A stretch of 64,000 nt of DNA from Candidatus Tagabacteria bacterium (lineage in GTDB: Bacteria; Patescibacteriota; Minisyncoccia; GCA-002779875), in the NCBI GenBank assembly GCA_963820595.1, contig CAWGAO010000008.1, positions 9,857-73,856 of the forward strand, in the 5' to 3' direction. The translations under genes were made by a program, and so were the position numbers. Shown here piece after piece: positions 59,299-64,000 of the stretch. The notes below the pieces were generated by a model that saw only the letters and a list, made by a program, of their open reading frames with translations, was not told the DNA's origin and ran no database searches. How positions within the stretch are numbered: the stretch's first letter is position 1; each line of letters starts with the position of its first letter.

Positions 59299-60073
59299 AT
59301 GACAGACAAAATTAGACCTAAAATCGCGATATACGATTTCACCGACTGCGAAGGGTGTGAGGTTGAAATTATCTCTCTACGCGAAAAATTGCTTACCTTA
59401 GAAGACCGCGTCGACATCGTCGACTGGCGCCTTGGACAAGAAAGGAAAGAGACAAGGGCCCGTTTTTGGCCAGCATTATTGAGGGCACGCCGATCACGCC
59501 TGATGAAATCGAAACGCTTAAATATCTGCGCGAACAATTCCACTTATCTTATCTCGCTCGGCGCCTGCGCCTCGCTCGCCGGCATCCCGGGAATCGTCCT
59601 GAAGGAAGAACGGGAAAAGTATTACAAACAAATCTACGGGCCGAGATTATAAACCCGTAGGAATTGACTCCGTTCCGCTTCATTTCTATCAAAAAATAGA
59701 TTTTTTCATCCACGGCTGTCCTGTAAATCCCAATGAAGTCGTAAGAATCATTGAAGAACTCCTAGCCGGCAAAAAACCGAGTTATCAGCGCTATTCGGTT
59801 TGCTTTGAGTGTAAACAAGCCGGCAACCCTTGCCGTCTGGTTTTTGGAAAACCTTGCCTCGGCCCCATCGGCCAGGGAGGCTGCAACGCCATTTGCGTTT
59901 CAGGCGGCTCCCCCTGCTATGCCTGTTTCGGTCCGAGAGAAGACGCAAACATCCCCGCCCTTATTACTATTCTCAAAAACCTGACCACTAAAGAAGAAAT
60001 TGAGCGTTACTTCACGATGTTTTACAAACACATGCCGGAATGGCAGGAAAAAGTTAAGAAATTACTGGAATAA
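59299..60073 (+). CDS. hydD: [NiFe]-hydrogenase small (delta) subunit, 2 apparent frameshifts
   Basis: KIAIYDFTDCEGCEVEII; later frames give ...FFIHGCPV... and ...CLGPIGQGGCNAICVSGGSPCYACFGP... Confidence 0.65.
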
Positions 60074-60211
60074 CGCGACGATTATTGTTTTTGAGCGGGT
60101 TTGGAGGCCGAGCGGGCACGGTTCCGCCTTTGGCGGAGAGCGAGGGCGACATCCCCTAGCCCGCCACGCTGGGGCGGGCGAGGAAAGCGAAAAAACAGAT
60201 AATCGGCGAGT

Positions 60212-61483
60212 GTGAGAATGAATTTCAAAAATAAAAAAATAACTCTAATAGGGCTCGGTAATTACAAAGACGGCAGCGGGGTTTCTGCCGCTTTATTTTT
60301 TGCGAAAAATGGTGCAAAACTAACCATCACCGACCTGAAAACAAAAAAAGAGCTCTCGTCTCAGTTGAAACGGTTCAAGAAATTTCACAATATAAAATAC
60401 ATCCTCGGAAAGCACAGAGCGCAAGATTTCCAAAACGCCGACTATATTTTTAAAAACCCAGGCATCCCGAAAGATTCTCCATATCTCCAAATTGCCCGGA
60501 AAAATAAAATCCCGATTATCAACGACTGGTCAATATTTTTTATGGAACGACTGATAAATCTGGTAATCGGCATAACAGGCACAAAAGGAAAAAGCACGAC
60601 CGCCGGTTTGATTTATCAAATTCTTAAAGCGGCGAAAAAAGACGCGGTTCTTTGCGGCAACATCGGCCAATCGCCTCTTGCACTCCTCAATAAAATTAAA
60701 AAAGATACGATTATTGTCGCTGAATTATCCAGTTGGTTGCTTCAGGATTTCAAGCAAAGCCCTAAAATCGCCGTTATCACGAATTTGATGCCCGAACATC
60801 TGGATAAATATAAAAACGTAAAAGAATATTACAAGGACAAGGAAAACATTTTTAAATTCCAAAAGTCGGGGGATTACCTGATTTTGAATAAAAACGACAA
60901 AAATTTGAGAAAATTGGCGAAAAGGACAAAATCGCGCGTCATTTGGTACGACGGCAACCCTAAAAATGCGGCTGCCAGCGTAGCAAAAATTTTAGAAATT
61001 CCAAAAAAATTCATTGATAAAACATTGAAAAAATTTAAGGGGCTTCCGGCTCGGTTGGAATTAATCGCTCAAAAAAACGGTATCAAATATTACAACGACA
61101 CTACCGCGACAATGCCCGACGCCACGGTTTACGCATTGCATTCTTTAAAAAATTATAAAAAGAAAATAATCCTGATCGCTGGTGGCGTTGATAAAAAACT
61201 GAATTATAAAAATTTGACAAAAGAAATCTCTAAATTAGCAAAAGCCCTTATTTTATTCAAAGGTTCTGCTTCAGAGAAAATTTTAAAAGGATTGAAAATT
61301 GTAAATTGCAAATTGAAAATTGAGAAAAATGTTTCCTCGATGAAAGAAGCGGTTAAATTAGCTTCAAAGCTTGCTTCGAAAAATGATATTATTCTCCTCT
61401 CCCCTGCCGCCGCCAGCTTCAATCTTTTCAAAAACGAATTTGACCGCGGCGACCAATTTGTAAACGAAGCGAAAAAACTATAA
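60212..61483 (+). CDS. murD: Mur ligase family protein (MurD-like)
   Basis: GITGTKGKSTT P-loop; 423 aa. Confidence 0.65.
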   Translation: MRMNFKNKKITLIGLGNYKDGSGVSAALFFAKNGAKLTITDLKTKKELSSQLKRFKKFHNIKYILGKHRAQDFQNADYIFKNPGIPKDSPYLQIARKNKIPIINDWSIFFMERLINLVIGITGTKGKSTTAGLIYQILKAAKKDAVLCGNIGQSPLALLNKIKKDTIIVAELSSWLLQDFKQSPKIAVITNLMPEHLDKYKNVKEYYKDKENIFKFQKSGDYLILNKNDKNLRKLAKRTKSRVIWYDGNPKNAAASVAKILEIPKKFIDKTLKKFKGLPARLELIAQKNGIKYYNDTTATMPDATVYALHSLKNYKKKIILIAGGVDKKLNYKNLTKEISKLAKALILFKGSASEKILKGLKIVNCKLKIEKNVSSMKEAVKLASKLASKNDIILLSPAAASFNLFKNEFDRGDQFVNEAKKL

Positions 61484-61557
61484 AAATAAAAAGGCTTGGG
61501 GTTACCAAGCCATAATATTTAATCTGCTATTTTTTTTTTAAAAAAACCTTACGGTTA

Positions 61558-61821
61558 TTATCTGGTCAAGATTATGTACAAATCTCTATCTTTTGAAAAG
61601 ATTGAAAATATGTCAGGAAATCGCTTTTTCTTAAAAGACACTTCCCAGTCTTGTTTTTCGTAATCCATCTTAATTTCTCCCATTGCTCCTTCGGAAAAAT
61701 TAGATGTACTGCCCAGAAAAACCTTTATTGTTGACCCGCCATGGCTTATAAGCTCTTCGTCGATTTTCTTCTCCATTTTCTCAACGAAAAGCTGCCTGGC
61801 TCTTGAAGAATCAATCGCCAT
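61558..61821 (-). CDS. hypothetical protein (87 aa)
   Basis: SD aaaaggagg; terminator downstream. Confidence 0.4.
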   Translation of the reverse strand: MAIDSSRARQLFVEKMEKKIDEELISHGGSTIKVFLGSTSNFSEGAMGEIKMDYEKQDWEVSFKKKRFPDIFSIFSKDRDLYIILTR

Positions 61822-61906
61822 TTCTATTGCCTCCTTTTGTTTTTTTTAACTCCAAGACAATCCTTAGCAAATTGCACAAACCCTGTCAAGCAGGTAAAAT
61901 ATAACT

Positions 61907-63127
61907 ATGATTTCCAAAGAATTCATTGCGAAAATTGAAGGGCATGGCAGTATTCATGTCGATTGGGATAAAAATGAGGCGAAATTGAAAATTCTTGAAG
62001 GAGAACGGCTTTTTGAAGGAATACTTGAAGGAAGAACCGCCGAAGAGGCTCACTGGATAACGCCGAGAATTTGCGGAGTTTGCCCCATCGCCCACAATCT
62101 CGCGTCCGTTTTTGCCTGCGAAAATGCGCTCGGAATAACGCCGAACGAGACAACGCTCCTTTTGCGAAAACTTATGCTGGCCGGACAAATGATTCAGAGC
62201 CATTTCCTGCATCTGTTTTTTTTAGCCCTGCCAGATTACATCGGCATCGACCGCGGCACGGAATTAAACAAAAAAAATCCCAAAGCCTTCCAAATGGCCT
62301 TGGACCTCAAAGAAGTTTCCGACGAAATTGCCCAAACTGTCGCCGGAAGGAATGTTCACCCGACAACCACGACTGTCGGCGGGTTTCACAAATTACCCAC
62401 AAAAGAATCGCTCGAAAACTTACTGGAATTACTTAAAAAAACGCGGAAGGCCGCCGAAAACACGGTGAAACTTTTTGAAAAATTAGAATATCCACAATTA
62501 AAAGTGGATTTGGAACTAGTTAGCCAAAACGGAAACAAAATCGTTTCGAATAAAAACGACGAATCTTTAATTAAAGATTATAAAAAAGATATCGAAGAAG
62601 AAGTAAAAGATTATTCAACCGCAAAATTCGGCCGCTACAAAACACGGGAAATAATGGTCGGCGCCCTGGCTCGAATAAATAATTTTGACACGGGAAAAAA
62701 ATCCGGTCTCGATTACCAAAATCCGTTTCACAATAATCTTGCTCAAGCTATTGAAATTCTCCTGTACCATAACCAAGCCGAGGATTTAATCAACCAGCTG
62801 TTATCAAGCGGAATGGATGACAAAATCGGCGTGAAACCCTTCGACTCCGCTCAGGGCAAGCCGGAAGGAATTCAGGCGCCACTTGTCGGCATCGGCGCAG
62901 TTGAAGCCCCAAGAGGCGGGCTTTATCATGAATTCCATTTCAACGAAAAAGGAATCATTGCTTACGCGAACATCATTACTCCGACCGTCCAAAATCTGAC
63001 ATCCATTGAAAAAAGCGCCAACGCGCTTCTCGAACAACACAAAAACCAGCCGCTTGAAGAAAAAAAGCGCCTTCTGGAAATGCTTGTTCGGGCCTATGAC
63101 CCCTGCATCACCTGCGCCGTGCATTGA
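61907..63127 (+). CDS. hydA: [NiFe]-hydrogenase large (alpha) subunit
   Basis: N-terminal RICGVCPIAH and C-terminal DPCITCAVH Ni-binding motifs. Confidence 0.8.
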   Translation: MISKEFIAKIEGHGSIHVDWDKNEAKLKILEGERLFEGILEGRTAEEAHWITPRICGVCPIAHNLASVFACENALGITPNETTLLLRKLMLAGQMIQSHFLHLFFLALPDYIGIDRGTELNKKNPKAFQMALDLKEVSDEIAQTVAGRNVHPTTTTVGGFHKLPTKESLENLLELLKKTRKAAENTVKLFEKLEYPQLKVDLELVSQNGNKIVSNKNDESLIKDYKKDIEEEVKDYSTAKFGRYKTREIMVGALARINNFDTGKKSGLDYQNPFHNNLAQAIEILLYHNQAEDLINQLLSSGMDDKIGVKPFDSAQGKPEGIQAPLVGIGAVEAPRGGLYHEFHFNEKGIIAYANIITPTVQNLTSIEKSANALLEQHKNQPLEEKKRLLEMLVRAYDPCITCAVH

Positions 63128-63134
63128 TTCCGCT

Positions 63135-63200
63135 AAGAGGCCCGCATTAGAAATGCGGCAGGCATCAAAGACGCCTTTCCTCTAAACGGAATTGACATAA
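63135..63200 (+). mobile_element. MITE-like element variant (cgctaagagg...cctctaaacgg) ending in TTGACA-16-TATACT
   Basis: alignable to rc of 1694-1772 copy. Confidence 0.45.
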
Positions 63201-63470
63201 TTTTTAAATTTGCTATACTATCGTTATCCTAGAAATAGGATTATTTTATGGAACGAAAATTCAAAAACCTTAATTGCCGCTTGATGACCCACGATAAATG
63301 GGCTTCTTTCGGTTATATTACTGCCGAAAATACTTTAGCCGAAACGGTTTTTGAATTTTTTGATATTTAATTTTTATTTTTAAACGAAATTCAGCAACCG
63401 CCTCGGCTAAATAGCCAAGGCGGTTTTGCAATTACGCAAACCGAAGTTCTTTAACAAAAGGAGGCTTATA

Positions 63471-64000
63471 TGGAAAAAGAAAGAATAGTGTTTTTGTGGG
63501 GCATTTACGGCAAAGTAATCCTGCGGCCACCAGACAAAGAAACGGATTTGGAGAAATTTCTGGTCTGGATTAATAATCAGGAAGTCATCCAATTTATGTC
63601 GCCTTTTCTTCCTATCAATCGCTTGCAAGAAGAAAAATGGTTCGCAAAAGAAAGTGAAAACGACATAGTGTTGGCCATCGAAACAAAAGACGGATTGCTT
63701 ATCGGAAATATCGGATTGTACAGAATTGATTATCGCAACGGCACAGCACATCTGGGTATTATGATCGGCGATAAAAATTACTGGAAACAGGGATTTGGCT
63801 ACGATGCGGAAATGACATTGTTAGAATACACCTTTCACACCCTAAATCTCAGAAAAATAATCCATTGTGCTTTTCTGGATAACAGAGGAAGCGTAAATTT
63901 GGCAAAAAAATGCGGTGGGATTAAAGAAGGAATTATGAGAAAACACATTTTCAGCAACAATAAATATCACGATATGGTTATGCTCGCCATCTTTAAAAAA
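63471..64000 (+). CDS. GNAT-family N-acetyltransferase (RimJ/RimL-like), 3' end beyond window
   Basis: SD aaaggagg + ATG; GNIGL...YWKQGFG acetyl-CoA-binding pattern. Confidence 0.65.

Overview
Low-GC (~40%) bacterial chromosome segment with small-genome, CPR/Patescibacteria-like content. It is dominated by translation genes. The str and S10 clusters (rpsL-rpsG-fusA, tuf, rpsJ-rplC-rplD-rplW-rplB-rpsS-rplV-rpsC) run on the + strand at 41-51.5 kb. The spc part (rplP-rpmC-rpsQ-rplN-rplX-rplE-rpsN-rpsH-rplF) sits inverted at 0-5.5 kb. Also present: four tRNAs, rpmB, a group 3 [NiFe]-hydrogenase (beta/gamma/delta/alpha subunits dispersed over 53.7-63.1 kb), gdhA, a thiolase, an acyl-CoA dehydrogenase, a CCA-adding enzyme, several proteases and many small hypothetical proteins. 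The most unusual feature is a mosaic intergenic repeat system found roughly 20 times. Instead of being tightly packed, individual ribosomal-protein genes are separated by 100-1000 bp modules. Each module is built from a palindromic unit with a conserved GAGCGAAGCGA loop, a pair of inverted arms whose variable parts covary between copies, and a conserved ~45-nt leader box ending exactly at the downstream ATG. A second MITE-like family (CCCCGTTAGAAG...CTTCTAACGGGG) donates outward -35 boxes. An accessory block at 12.2-15.5 kb carries SET-domain, NYN and M23 genes on duplicated promoter/terminator cassettes and ends at tRNA-His. Many long genes carry single-nucleotide frameshifts that look like homopolymer sequencing errors. 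No rRNA, CRISPR array, transposase or integrase was seen.
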